NCBI GenBank assembly: GCA_964398365.1
Contig: CAYNMC010000038.1
Span: 25,727-89,726 of the forward strand
Source: an uncultured Pseudomonadales bacterium
GTDB taxonomy: Bacteria > Patescibacteriota > Microgenomatia > UBA1400 > CAYNMC01
Length of the DNA: 64,000 bases
Direction of reading: 5' to 3'
Both the position numbers and the translations under genes were made by a program. Position 1 is the first letter of the stretch. Each line of letters begins with the position of its first letter. Of this stretch, positions 55,565 to 63,679 are shown piece after piece. Below the pieces are notes generated by a model. That model saw nothing but the letters and a program-made list of their open reading frames with translations. It ran no database searches and was not told where the DNA came from.

Positions 55565-56632
55565 TTACTCCTGAGTTGCTAGAACATAGCGCGATCCTTT
55601 CGTACTTCCACGTTTCTTGACAATACCTTTTGCCATTAAATCCTTCAAGTCGCGCAAAATTGTATCCTCTGAAATCATAGGCAAAACTCCTGCTAAATCC
55701 TTCATTATTGCCCAACCCTTTTCCGACAAAAACTCCACAAGCTTTACCTGTCTTTCAGAAAGAGCAATCTGTGCACCTATGCGCACTTTTAGATGACTGT
55801 CAACAGATAATGTTTTAACCTTGTCTTTAATTTTGGTAAGCTCTATGGCTAAAACCTCTGAGAAATACTCTAGCCAAGGTGTTAAGTCTCTATCGGCTAT
55901 ATTCGGAGATTGACTGTCGACTTTAAAAAAGGCTTCATAGTAAGAACTTAAATCCTTATCAAAGTGCTCCTCAAGGGAAAAAAACCTTTTAATATCATAA
56001 CCCTCTTTTAAAAGAATAAGAACTGCAAAAGCTCTAGCAGTTCTACCGTTTCCCTCCACAAAAGGGTGAATGGCAACTAGTATGTAGTGGGCAATTCCAG
56101 CCCTTAAAACTGGGTGAATCTCTTTTCCTTCTGGTGAATTTAGCCAAGCTAGAAACTCTTCAAGTAAAAATGGTACCTCGACAAAAGGCGGTGGAGTAAA
56201 AATGACCCTACCCGTTCCCTCCTCTCTTATAAGGACTTGAGTGTTTCTTATTTTGCCTGCCTTTTCTTCGGGAACAATTTTATAAACGACAACAGCGTGA
56301 ATCTCTGTCAACATGTTTATGTCATACCAACCACGCTTGTTCACAAGATCATCCAAAAGCGCAACCACATTCCTGTAATTTATTACCTCTTGAATATCCC
56401 GCTGCCTGGCTGTAATTTCTTGCCCCTCAAGAACTTGCTTTGTCTGCGAAAAAGTTAAATCATTGCCTTCAATGTGAGTTCCGTGATAGACAGTCCTTGC
56501 TATCGCATCAGAAACAAAGTCTTTCTCGTAGGATGGAATAAGGGGTGCATTTTCAATTACCTCTTTAGCCGCTTCAATTTGACAAATGCTTTTAAGAATC
56601 TTGTTGGTAATACTAAAGCGAGGAGAATACAT
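55565..56632 (-). CDS. Fic-family protein (Fic_N + Fic + winged-helix), copy 2
   Basis: HPFVEGNGRTARA. 36/60 identical to copy 1 over the first 60 residues (manual count). C-terminal ILRDLKDLMAKGIVKKRGSTKGSRYVL. Confidence 0.88.
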   Translation of the reverse strand: MYSPRFSITNKILKSICQIEAAKEVIENAPLIPSYEKDFVSDAIARTVYHGTHIEGNDLTFSQTKQVLEGQEITARQRDIQEVINYRNVVALLDDLVNKRGWYDINMLTEIHAVVVYKIVPEEKAGKIRNTQVLIREEGTGRVIFTPPPFVEVPFLLEEFLAWLNSPEGKEIHPVLRAGIAHYILVAIHPFVEGNGRTARAFAVLILLKEGYDIKRFFSLEEHFDKDLSSYYEAFFKVDSQSPNIADRDLTPWLEYFSEVLAIELTKIKDKVKTLSVDSHLKVRIGAQIALSERQVKLVEFLSEKGWAIMKDLAGVLPMISEDTILRDLKDLMAKGIVKKRGSTKGSRYVLATQE

Positions 56633-56673
56633 ATTTTAAATATAACGCAATCTTTGCGGAAAAAACAAGACAG

Positions 56674-57516
56674 CTAACCCAGGCGTGCTAAGGTTTTTGG
56701 AACGTCATCTGCCAAGTCGTCTGCGTTAAAGTAAACTCCAACACTTTCTGCCAAATTTTCTGCTGTTTTTTTAATAATATAGGCTGCGGCTTGAGCTGCT
56801 AAAAAAGGCTCATTTTTGGCCAAAAGTGCAACAGTTAAGCCGGCATGAACGTCTCCTGTGCCGCCTTTGGTTAGTCCAGCGTTGCCACCGGAGATTTCAA
56901 CAACTTCCTGAGGTGAGGCGACTTTGGTTATTTCTCCCTTAAGGCAAATGATACAACTGTATTCTTTAGAAGCCTCGGCAATATCCATTTTGCCAAATAG
57001 CATAGAGTATTCTTTTTTGTTGGGTGTAAGAATTGAATTTTTTGGAATCCACTCGGGGTACATTGTTTGCAAACTTCCCGCATCAATCACCCACTTCTTA
57101 TAAGGATGTCTGAGAAGAAGTCTCTTGGTAATCAAGCGGGACATTCGACAGGCTTCGTCGCAGTAAGATAAATCACCACCTTTATGGCTTTCTTCAGTCT
57201 TGTAACGCATAAAGCCTGGGCCCAAAAGAGCCGCGTCGGATTTTTGAATATATTTATCAATCTCCTTCCAAGGAACCCAGATAAACGAGCCAAGTTTTGC
57301 CTTAATATAATTCGCAACTTTTCCAACTGATGGTTCGGGTGAAGAGAAAAAAACCATGTCCACAATTCTTGAGGCTACTTTTAATGATAAAAGTGGGGCG
57401 CCGTGGAAAAGCTTGGAGCCACCAATAATTGTCACTTGACCATTGTCTTCACCATCTGACGCAGGGGGTGGCTTGTATAAATCTTTGAGGATTTTGGGGT
57501 CGAATTTTGTGGTCAT
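56674..57516 (-). CDS. nnrD: ADP/ATP-dependent NAD(P)H-hydrate dehydratase (YjeF C-terminal type)
   Basis: GQVTIIGGSKLFHGAPLL and GNAGLTKGGTGDVHAGLTVALLA. Confidence 0.8.
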   Translation of the reverse strand: MTTKFDPKILKDLYKPPPASDGEDNGQVTIIGGSKLFHGAPLLSLKVASRIVDMVFFSSPEPSVGKVANYIKAKLGSFIWVPWKEIDKYIQKSDAALLGPGFMRYKTEESHKGGDLSYCDEACRMSRLITKRLLLRHPYKKWVIDAGSLQTMYPEWIPKNSILTPNKKEYSMLFGKMDIAEASKEYSCIICLKGEITKVASPQEVVEISGGNAGLTKGGTGDVHAGLTVALLAKNEPFLAAQAAAYIIKKTAENLAESVGVYFNADDLADDVPKTLARLG

Positions 57517-57546
57517 TTGATGTATTGTATACTTAATTTAATACTT

Positions 57547-57801
57547 ATGGCAAAAAAGTCCAAAAGACAACTTCATGAGGAAATAATAAGGCAAATGCTT
57601 CAGCTTGCAACCAGCGGATTTGGATTTGTGTCGGCTTTGGCTTGGAATGATTTTATAAAAGGGGCAATGGATAAATTTCTTAGCCCCATCGTTGGAAACA
57701 AATCAGAAGTTCTATCAATGTTTTTATACGCCGTGATTGTTACTGCTCTGGCAGTTCTGGTAACTTATAATCTGACAAAATTAATTAAAAGAAGATACTA
57801 A
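57547..57801 (+). CDS. small membrane protein (hypothetical)
   Basis: Start set at ATG 57547 (MAKKSKRQL). Amphipathic N-terminus and one C-terminal TM segment. Confidence 0.5.
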   Translation: MAKKSKRQLHEEIIRQMLQLATSGFGFVSALAWNDFIKGAMDKFLSPIVGNKSEVLSMFLYAVIVTALAVLVTYNLTKLIKRRY

Positions 57802-57810
57802 TTTTCCTTT

Positions 57811-58878
57811 TTATAGAATAATTTTCCTAACCTCGGCAAATTTTTTGACATATTGTAACTCTGTGGTTGTAATTACTGTCTGGTGGTGTTTGATTACCTT
57901 CATAACCACCTCTCTGTGAGCTTTATCTAATTCTGAAAAAATATCATCTAAAAGAAGTGTGGGTTTGTAACCGGTCTGCCTTTCAATATATTCAAGCTCC
58001 CGCAGTTTGAGCCACAAAACTGCCATTCTCTGCTCGCCCCGGGAACCAAAACGAGAAAGGTCTCTCTCAATTTTGAATTTTGAATTTTGAATTTTGAACT
58101 GAATATCATCTCTGTGGGGACCAACTAGAGTGGTTGCTGCTGCAACCTCTTCTGCCGCGTATTGCTCAAGACGGGAATGCGAAATTGCAGATTTATCATA
58201 AACGAGTGTGAATCTACAATTGTCAAAATTTGGTTCTTGGTTTACAAAATTAATAAATTCTTCCCTTTTGCGACTTATAAAATCTCCATTTTTTATTAAG
58301 AGTTGGTCCCAGAAAATAAGCTGTGAGCGCGATAGACCCTCCTCGCGGATACGATAAAGAAGCCTGTTGCGCTGACGTAGACCTTTTTCGTAAGAAAGGT
58401 TGCTGCGGCGATATTCGCGATCACTTTGAGATAAAACAGCATCGAGAAAACTTCTTCTTAAACTTGGTGATTGGGTCACCAATCCCAAGTCCCATGGCCC
58501 GAAGATAACCGTCTTGAAGCGTCCAGCAAAATCTATAAGTCTTTTATTTACCCCGTTTACCAAAAGTTTTTTGCGAACAAGATGTTTTTTAGGGGAAAGA
58601 TGAGCTTCTCTACCTAAATTCATTTCACCTCTCGTCAATACTACCTCTAATATCTCCTCTGTTTTTGCTTTTACGCGGGCAATTTCAGCATTTTCACTAA
58701 TCATTTCCTCTTCAATCTTGGCTCTAAAACTTTTGCCGCTTGCAACTAAATTTATTGCCTCAAGAATGTTTGTTTTGCCGCTGGCGTTAGGGCCAATTAT
58801 CAAAGTTACTTTTGGTGAAAACTCAATTAGCTTTTCTTTGAAATTTCTAAAGTCTGTAAGTTTGATTTTTTGGATCAT
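57811..58878 (-). CDS. recF: DNA replication/repair protein RecF
   Basis: KLTDFRNF, Walker A GPNASGKTN, GPHRDD, SRGEQR signature and LLLDDIFSELD Walker B. Start set at ATG 58878 (MIQKIKL); the 30 upstream codons of the track ORF look like the tail of a decayed gene. Confidence 0.9.
   Translation of the reverse strand: MIQKIKLTDFRNFKEKLIEFSPKVTLIIGPNASGKTNILEAINLVASGKSFRAKIEEEMISENAEIARVKAKTEEILEVVLTRGEMNLGREAHLSPKKHLVRKKLLVNGVNKRLIDFAGRFKTVIFGPWDLGLVTQSPSLRRSFLDAVLSQSDREYRRSNLSYEKGLRQRNRLLYRIREEGLSRSQLIFWDQLLIKNGDFISRKREEFINFVNQEPNFDNCRFTLVYDKSAISHSRLEQYAAEEVAAATTLVGPHRDDIQFKIQNSKFKIERDLSRFGSRGEQRMAVLWLKLRELEYIERQTGYKPTLLLDDIFSELDKAHREVVMKVIKHHQTVITTTELQYVKKFAEVRKIIL
58069..58098. repeat. 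heptanucleotide tandem repeat (AATTTTG x4 plus 2 nt) inside recF
   Basis: Read directly from the sequence. It encodes FKIQNSKFKI between the GPHRDD and SRGEQR motifs. Confidence 0.9.
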
Positions 58879-59204
58879 AATCTTCCAGAGCACTTTTCCA
58901 TAATTTTCTCGAATATGGCTAACTCTTTGATATTCCTTATTGCTAAGGTAACCGTTTCTGCAAGTCAACCAAAGGCTATTTTCAAAAATCTTCTGAATTC
59001 ATTTTGATTATTTCTTGCATGACCTTTGACAATCTTAAGAGGCACAGACAAAACGGCATATCTTAATTGAGAAGTCAATCCAAAAAGCTCATCTAGGGGA
59101 AATTTATCGGAAAGTTTATAAACACTCCACGCCAGCTTGTCCGCTATTTCCCAAGCGATCAGTTTTTTATAACCTGTTTTGTACAGTATCTTGTCACCTG
59201 TCAC
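58879..59204 (-). pseudogene. decayed four-helix-bundle (23S rRNA IVS protein / Avd-like) gene between mutM and recF
   Basis: YKKLIAWEIADKLAWSVYKLSDKFPLDELFGLTSQLRYAVLSVPLKIVKGHARNNQNEFRRFLKIAFG stops prematurely at 58965. The expected C-terminal segment (GYLSNKEYQRVSHIRENYGKVLWKI) continues in the recF frame. Possible GTG start at 59204. Confidence 0.6.
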
Positions 59205-60060
59205 TTGTCTTTTGTCTCTGACAATTCGGGCAAAAGTAGGTGCCGCGGCCACCCAACATTATTTTTATAAACTTAGCTTTTTTACACCTAGAACAAAACT
59301 TGCCCTCCTTACCATAAGCTAAAAAATAATTTTGATAATTACCCTCACCTCCATCTGGGGTAACAAAAGCCAGCTCACTTGCCCCGCCTCTTTTGATACC
59401 TTCTTTTAAAACTCTAATAATTGAATTGTAAAGAAGTTTTACTTCAGATTCTTTTAGAGAGTTTGCAGGACGAGTGGGATTGATACTTGCAAGCCACAGC
59501 GCATCATTGGCATAGATATTACCCACCCCACCCATCTTGGACTGATCCATAATTACTATTTTTACAGCACTTTTACTTGATTTTAAGATTTTAGAAAAAA
59601 GCTCCAAGGTTAAGCCATTTAGGGGTTCTGGTCCAAGTTTTTTAATAAAATCAATGTCAGTGACACTCTCGGTTTCAACTATCTTAATCCAGCCAAAGCG
59701 GCGAACGTCGTTATAGAAAAGTTTGCCATCGCGATCAAGATGGAATATTAAATGAGTATGGCGGCCACCTAAGCCACCAATAACTTTTTTTGATAGGTCC
59801 GGAGGATCTTTTAAGTTTGGGCCACGATAGATAAACTGGCCGGTAAGTTTAATATGAGCAACAAACGAATAGCTATTATCAAGATCAACTGATAATACTT
59901 TGCCAAAACGGCGGACCTTTTTGACTTTACCTCCTACGAGTTTATTAACATCTCCTGAAACAATTTTTGGAGTGTGAACACTCACTTTCTGGATCTTATG
60001 ACCCCTTAAATATTTATCAAGTTGACCCCTGATTGACTCTACTTCGGGTAGTTCAGGCAT
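59194..60060 (-). CDS. mutM: formamidopyrimidine-DNA glycosylase (Fpg/MutM)
   Basis: MPELPEVE N-terminus (catalytic Pro2/Glu3), H2TH region and C-terminal zinc finger CSRC...CPNCQ. Confidence 0.92.
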   Translation of the reverse strand: MPELPEVESIRGQLDKYLRGHKIQKVSVHTPKIVSGDVNKLVGGKVKKVRRFGKVLSVDLDNSYSFVAHIKLTGQFIYRGPNLKDPPDLSKKVIGGLGGRHTHLIFHLDRDGKLFYNDVRRFGWIKIVETESVTDIDFIKKLGPEPLNGLTLELFSKILKSSKSAVKIVIMDQSKMGGVGNIYANDALWLASINPTRPANSLKESEVKLLYNSIIRVLKEGIKRGGASELAFVTPDGGEGNYQNYFLAYGKEGKFCSRCKKAKFIKIMLGGRGTYFCPNCQRQKTSDR

Positions 60061-60064
60061 ATGT

Positions 60065-61177
60065 TTAATTTACAACTTTCAAATTATCAATAAAACTGGT
60101 CATTTGTTTTCTAAACCTCTCCTTTGAGAATTTTTGTGCGCAGGCTAATAAATCCTTTTTACAAAACTTTTTCTTCTCAAATTTTTTAATTGCTTTTACG
60201 AGAGAATCAACTGTTAGCTCATCAAAAAAAACACCGGTTTTATCAGTTACTGTCTCGGTATAGCCGCCGCCACGGAAAGCTATTACCGGCGTACCCGCTG
60301 CCATTGCCTCAACTGGAGTAATACCAAAATCTTCATCCTTTTGGGCAATAATAAAAGCCTTGGCATTTTGGTAAAGAGAGATTAATTTTTCGTCGTTCAC
60401 TCTTCCTAAAAATTCTATCTCTTTGCCCGCTAATTTTTCCAGCTCCGGCCTTAAAATTCCGTCACCATAGATTTTTAAATTGACTTTTGCCTTACGGCAG
60501 GCCTTGATGATTAGATCGAAGTTCTTGGCAGAAACTAATCTGCCACCAGACAGATAGTATGTAGTATTTTGAATATTGTATTTAGAGTTCTTGGGTTGAA
60601 ATTTCTCAACCTCAACGGGCGGGTAGACAACTTTATCGACTTTGCGGCGGTAGAATTTTTCGACCCGCCTGGCGACATTTAGCGAATTTGCAATAATAAA
60701 ATCTGGCTTTTGGGCTTTAGTAAAATCGTACATACGTATAAAGTGATTAACTATTAGGGCATAGGCTTTGATAATCCCTGAATACCATTTACCCTCCCAA
60801 TTTCTTGATGTGTCATAACCATATAAATACCTCGGCGGAGTATGAATGTAGCAAATCTCCAGCTTTGCGTTGGGCATACCTTTTGTTATCGCCCAACTGG
60901 CAGAGGTAATGACCAAATCATAATTTGAGAAATCAAAACTGGCCCAAATAAACGGAATCAGAAAACGCAGGGGCGAAATTAATCTATCACAAAAAGGCAA
61001 ATACGAAAACCAACTCTGGATTACTTTTTTATCTTTAAATTCCCTCCAGCAAGGAGAGTTCTTTTTGAAAAAAATCGCATAAATTGGAGCTTTGGGATAG
61101 ATCTCTGAAAGAGCCTTTAAGACCCTCTCGGCTCCTCCAAAATCACCAAGATAATCATGGACTAGAGCAATTTTCAT
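60065..61177 (-). CDS. family-4 glycosyltransferase (GT-B)
   Basis: EDFGITPVEAMAAGTPVIAFRGGG (E-x7-E). Confidence 0.8.
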   Translation of the reverse strand: MKIALVHDYLGDFGGAERVLKALSEIYPKAPIYAIFFKKNSPCWREFKDKKVIQSWFSYLPFCDRLISPLRFLIPFIWASFDFSNYDLVITSASWAITKGMPNAKLEICYIHTPPRYLYGYDTSRNWEGKWYSGIIKAYALIVNHFIRMYDFTKAQKPDFIIANSLNVARRVEKFYRRKVDKVVYPPVEVEKFQPKNSKYNIQNTTYYLSGGRLVSAKNFDLIIKACRKAKVNLKIYGDGILRPELEKLAGKEIEFLGRVNDEKLISLYQNAKAFIIAQKDEDFGITPVEAMAAGTPVIAFRGGGYTETVTDKTGVFFDELTVDSLVKAIKKFEKKKFCKKDLLACAQKFSKERFRKQMTSFIDNLKVVN

Positions 61178-61191
61178 GGCGTCCGCGGGCG

Positions 61192-62109
61192 TTAAAACAG
61201 TTGCATCTGTTTTTCCTTCTCTATCTTCTTTCCGACTTCCTGAACCCTTTTTGCCAAAGTTTTAAAACCAATTTTTGCAAAAACTTTCAAAACTTTCTCG
61301 CTTTTAATATCCCAAACTGCAGCCTCATCAAGATGAAAAGTGATAGGTGCGTCCGTGACTATGGTCGCAAGTTTTTTGGAAAGCCCAGCCTCTTCGGCTC
61401 CCTGAGCTAGTTTTTGAGATATTTTGGAAGGTATATCTCCCAAATGTTTATAGACACCCTCAAGGCTGCCAAATTGTTTGATTAAAGAAACTGCTGTTTT
61501 GGGACCAATTCCCAAAACCCCTTTGTAATTATCAGAAGCATCTCCCACCAAGGCCTTATAGTCAACTATCTGTGAAGGTTTAACTCCCATTTTTTCGATA
61601 ACCTCCTTTACTCCAAAAAGTTTCGCGTCCGTCAAACCCCGAATGGGCATATAAACTCTTATTCTATCGGTCACAAGCTGCAAGATATCCCTGTCTCCTG
61701 TGACTATCACAACTTCATCTACCTCAAAGTTTTTCTTGTCGTTATCAGTCGCTTGTTTTGCAATCGTTCCTATAATATCATCAGCCTCATAACCTTCTTG
61801 TCTGAAAATTGGAATTCCAATTGCCCCCAAGACCCGATAGACAAGATCAAACTGCTCGGATAGTTCTGAAGACATTCTGGGCCGCTGCGCCTGATAACCA
61901 ACATATTCCGCGTGTCGAAAAGTTGGTTTGGGGGTATCAAAAGCGCAAACTATGTGAGTTGGTGCTAGGTCCTGAATAATCTTCAGAAGCATTAAGGTAA
62001 AACCATAAACAGCATTGATTTGTTTACCATCCTTGGAAGTCAAAGGGGGCAGGGCATGATATGCCCGATGTAAAATCGCATTACCATCAATTAAAACGAG
62101 TTTGGTCAT
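61192..62109 (-). CDS. stand-alone 5'-3' exonuclease / flap endonuclease (Pol I N-terminal domain homologue)
   Basis: LVLIDGNAILHRAYHA, VTGDRDILQL and DNYKGVLGIGPKTA (H3TH). 305 aa with no polymerase domain. Confidence 0.88.
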   Translation of the reverse strand: MTKLVLIDGNAILHRAYHALPPLTSKDGKQINAVYGFTLMLLKIIQDLAPTHIVCAFDTPKPTFRHAEYVGYQAQRPRMSSELSEQFDLVYRVLGAIGIPIFRQEGYEADDIIGTIAKQATDNDKKNFEVDEVVIVTGDRDILQLVTDRIRVYMPIRGLTDAKLFGVKEVIEKMGVKPSQIVDYKALVGDASDNYKGVLGIGPKTAVSLIKQFGSLEGVYKHLGDIPSKISQKLAQGAEEAGLSKKLATIVTDAPITFHLDEAAVWDIKSEKVLKVFAKIGFKTLAKRVQEVGKKIEKEKQMQLF

Positions 62110-62339
62110 TTTTTTGATTTTAATATTTTGAAGTATTCTTTTCGAGAAATTTTGGCGGTTCGCAAGTTGTTTAAAATAATAAATTCTGGGATCTGTTTAT
62201 ACATTGGTATAACAACAGGTCTGACGAATCCTTCTTTTGTATAAACGAGGTGGTCTCCTTTTGCTCGAGAGTATTTCCAGCCAGACTTTTCAAAAATTTT
62301 TGAAAGTGTTCTCCAATCAACAGGAGTTATTTGAGGCAT
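62106..62339 (-). CDS. hicA: HicA-family (YcfA-like) toxin
   Basis: 77 aa. LSKIFEKSGWKYSRAKGDHLVYTKEG..VVIPMYKQIP fits the HicA pattern (G-S/D-H...iP.H). ATGA overlap with the exonuclease start. Confidence 0.7.
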   Translation of the reverse strand: MPQITPVDWRTLSKIFEKSGWKYSRAKGDHLVYTKEGFVRPVVIPMYKQIPEFIILNNLRTAKISRKEYFKILKSKK

Positions 62340-62341
62340 AA

Positions 62342-62623
62342 CTAAGAAAATGAGAAATAAAACGGCTCGAAACTAACTTTTGGTGGTTGCCAGAAATTTT
62401 TCTTCTTTTCAAAGCCCATCTCTCGTAGAAATTTATCAAGTTCTTTCTTTTTTTTTATTTCTTCTAACACTATCTGTACAGCTTCGCGAAGGTTTTCTCG
62501 AGCCTTTTCTTCGGTTGGCCCACAAGAGGAAATGTCAAGTTCGGGATTGTAAGCTACAAAAGGAGCGTCAGAAGACGCTTTATCCTTTGTGATCTTGATA
62601 GTTAATGGTAATGATATTCCCAT
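62342..62623 (-). CDS. hicB: HicB-like (UPF0150) antitoxin
   Basis: 93 aa. FVAYNPELDISSCGPTEEKARENLREAVQIVLEE matches the HicB N-terminal fold signature. Two-nt gap to hicA. Confidence 0.7.
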   Translation of the reverse strand: MGISLPLTIKITKDKASSDAPFVAYNPELDISSCGPTEEKARENLREAVQIVLEEIKKKKELDKFLREMGFEKKKNFWQPPKVSFEPFYFSFS

Positions 62624-62717
62624 GCTTATATTATATCAGATCACATTATCATCAACTAAAACAAGTTTAGTCATACAGTTGATGTATTTTAGCAAGATAT
62701 GCTAATCTAAGCCCACA

Positions 62718-63167
62718 TTGTCTATAGAAAGTTATCGCAAGAGCAGGAAAAAGTTTCTTCGAGACTCTCTAGTTGTGGCAGCTTGCACTATTGCTGGCAG
62801 CCAACTTGCAATTAACGATTACCTTGGTTTTCCTCCTCTCGAAACTAGCGTGGATAGAAAAATCAATGGCCTTAATTATCATATAGTCTTTTCTTCAGGC
62901 ACATCCATACCAAGAAGTCAAGTAATTCATAACCTGATTTTTGTCGAAGCCGGCCATGGAATTGCTATCTCGAATGATGCAGTCGCCACCACTAACCAAA
63001 TTCTTCGCAACCCAAACCACTCTCAGTACTATGTTATTTATGAAACTTTGGCCAGGGGCGGAACCGTTGTCTATCTAGATTTACCATTAGATCAAGCTAA
63101 TACCCTATTAAAAAGATGGCTATTAGAACAGCCGTTGATTTATCACCAGCCCCTTTTGCCTTTATAG
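62718..63167 (+). CDS. hypothetical protein with N-terminal Tat-like/signal-anchor segment
   Basis: TTG start. SRKKFLRDSLVVAACTIAGSQLA, then a ~120-aa domain of unknown family. Confidence 0.45.
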   Translation: MSIESYRKSRKKFLRDSLVVAACTIAGSQLAINDYLGFPPLETSVDRKINGLNYHIVFSSGTSIPRSQVIHNLIFVEAGHGIAISNDAVATTNQILRNPNHSQYYVIYETLARGGTVVYLDLPLDQANTLLKRWLLEQPLIYHQPLLPL

Positions 63168-63352
63168 CCGCTGGGGCGAATGAGGGGCTAGGTGCAGAAA
63201 CCAGAAAAACACGAAGAAGGTTTCTCAAACTATTGATGGGTGTGGGAACCATGGGTGCAGTCTGGGGATCAAGCTCGTTTGTACCTGATATCTATGCAGT
63301 TACCGACTCTGTATTTGAACTTGAAGATGATTTAACTGATAAAGTGTCATAA
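63116..63352 (+). CDS. hypothetical small protein carrying a canonical twin-arginine motif
   Basis: TRRRFLKLLMGVGTMGAVWGSSS matches (S/T)RRxFLK plus an h-region, followed by a short acidic tail. Overlaps the previous ORF by 52 nt in another frame. Confidence 0.4.
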   Translation: MAIRTAVDLSPAPFAFIAAGANEGLGAETRKTRRRFLKLLMGVGTMGAVWGSSSFVPDIYAVTDSVFELEDDLTDKVS

Positions 63353-63409
63353 TTTGCAGTTGTCAACGACCAGCTACATCTAGAAGTATTTAGATCTTTT
63401 CTCTATCCG

Positions 63410-63667
63410 ATGATAGCTGTGAAGATTTCTGATTTAAACTCAAACGCGAACGTCTTTGTAAAAAGATCTGGTTTGGGATTAATACAATACTTGGAAACAA
63501 ATAGATCTAAACCACTGGGACATATTTCAAGTTTTTATCGCTTAGGTTTAGATAATGGTATTAACTCTTATTTTTTATATAATTCAACAGCAGTAAGAAG
63601 GAGAGGAAACAACTTAAAATCTTACACAATCAGACATCCTGATTTGCATAAAATCTATCAGGATTGA
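63410..63667 (+). CDS. hypothetical protein
   Basis: 85-aa ORF, same strand as the two preceding orphans. No recognisable motif. Confidence 0.35.
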   Translation: MIAVKISDLNSNANVFVKRSGLGLIQYLETNRSKPLGHISSFYRLGLDNGINSYFLYNSTAVRRRGNNLKSYTIRHPDLHKIYQD

Positions 63668-63679
63668 AGATAACTATCC

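Noticed and set aside
58069-58098. CRISPR array or other spaced-repeat locus anywhere in the window
   Set aside because: I saw no series of 25-40-nt repeats separated by unique spacers. The only tandem repeats noted are the 7-mer in recF and the 11-mer at 23215..23242.
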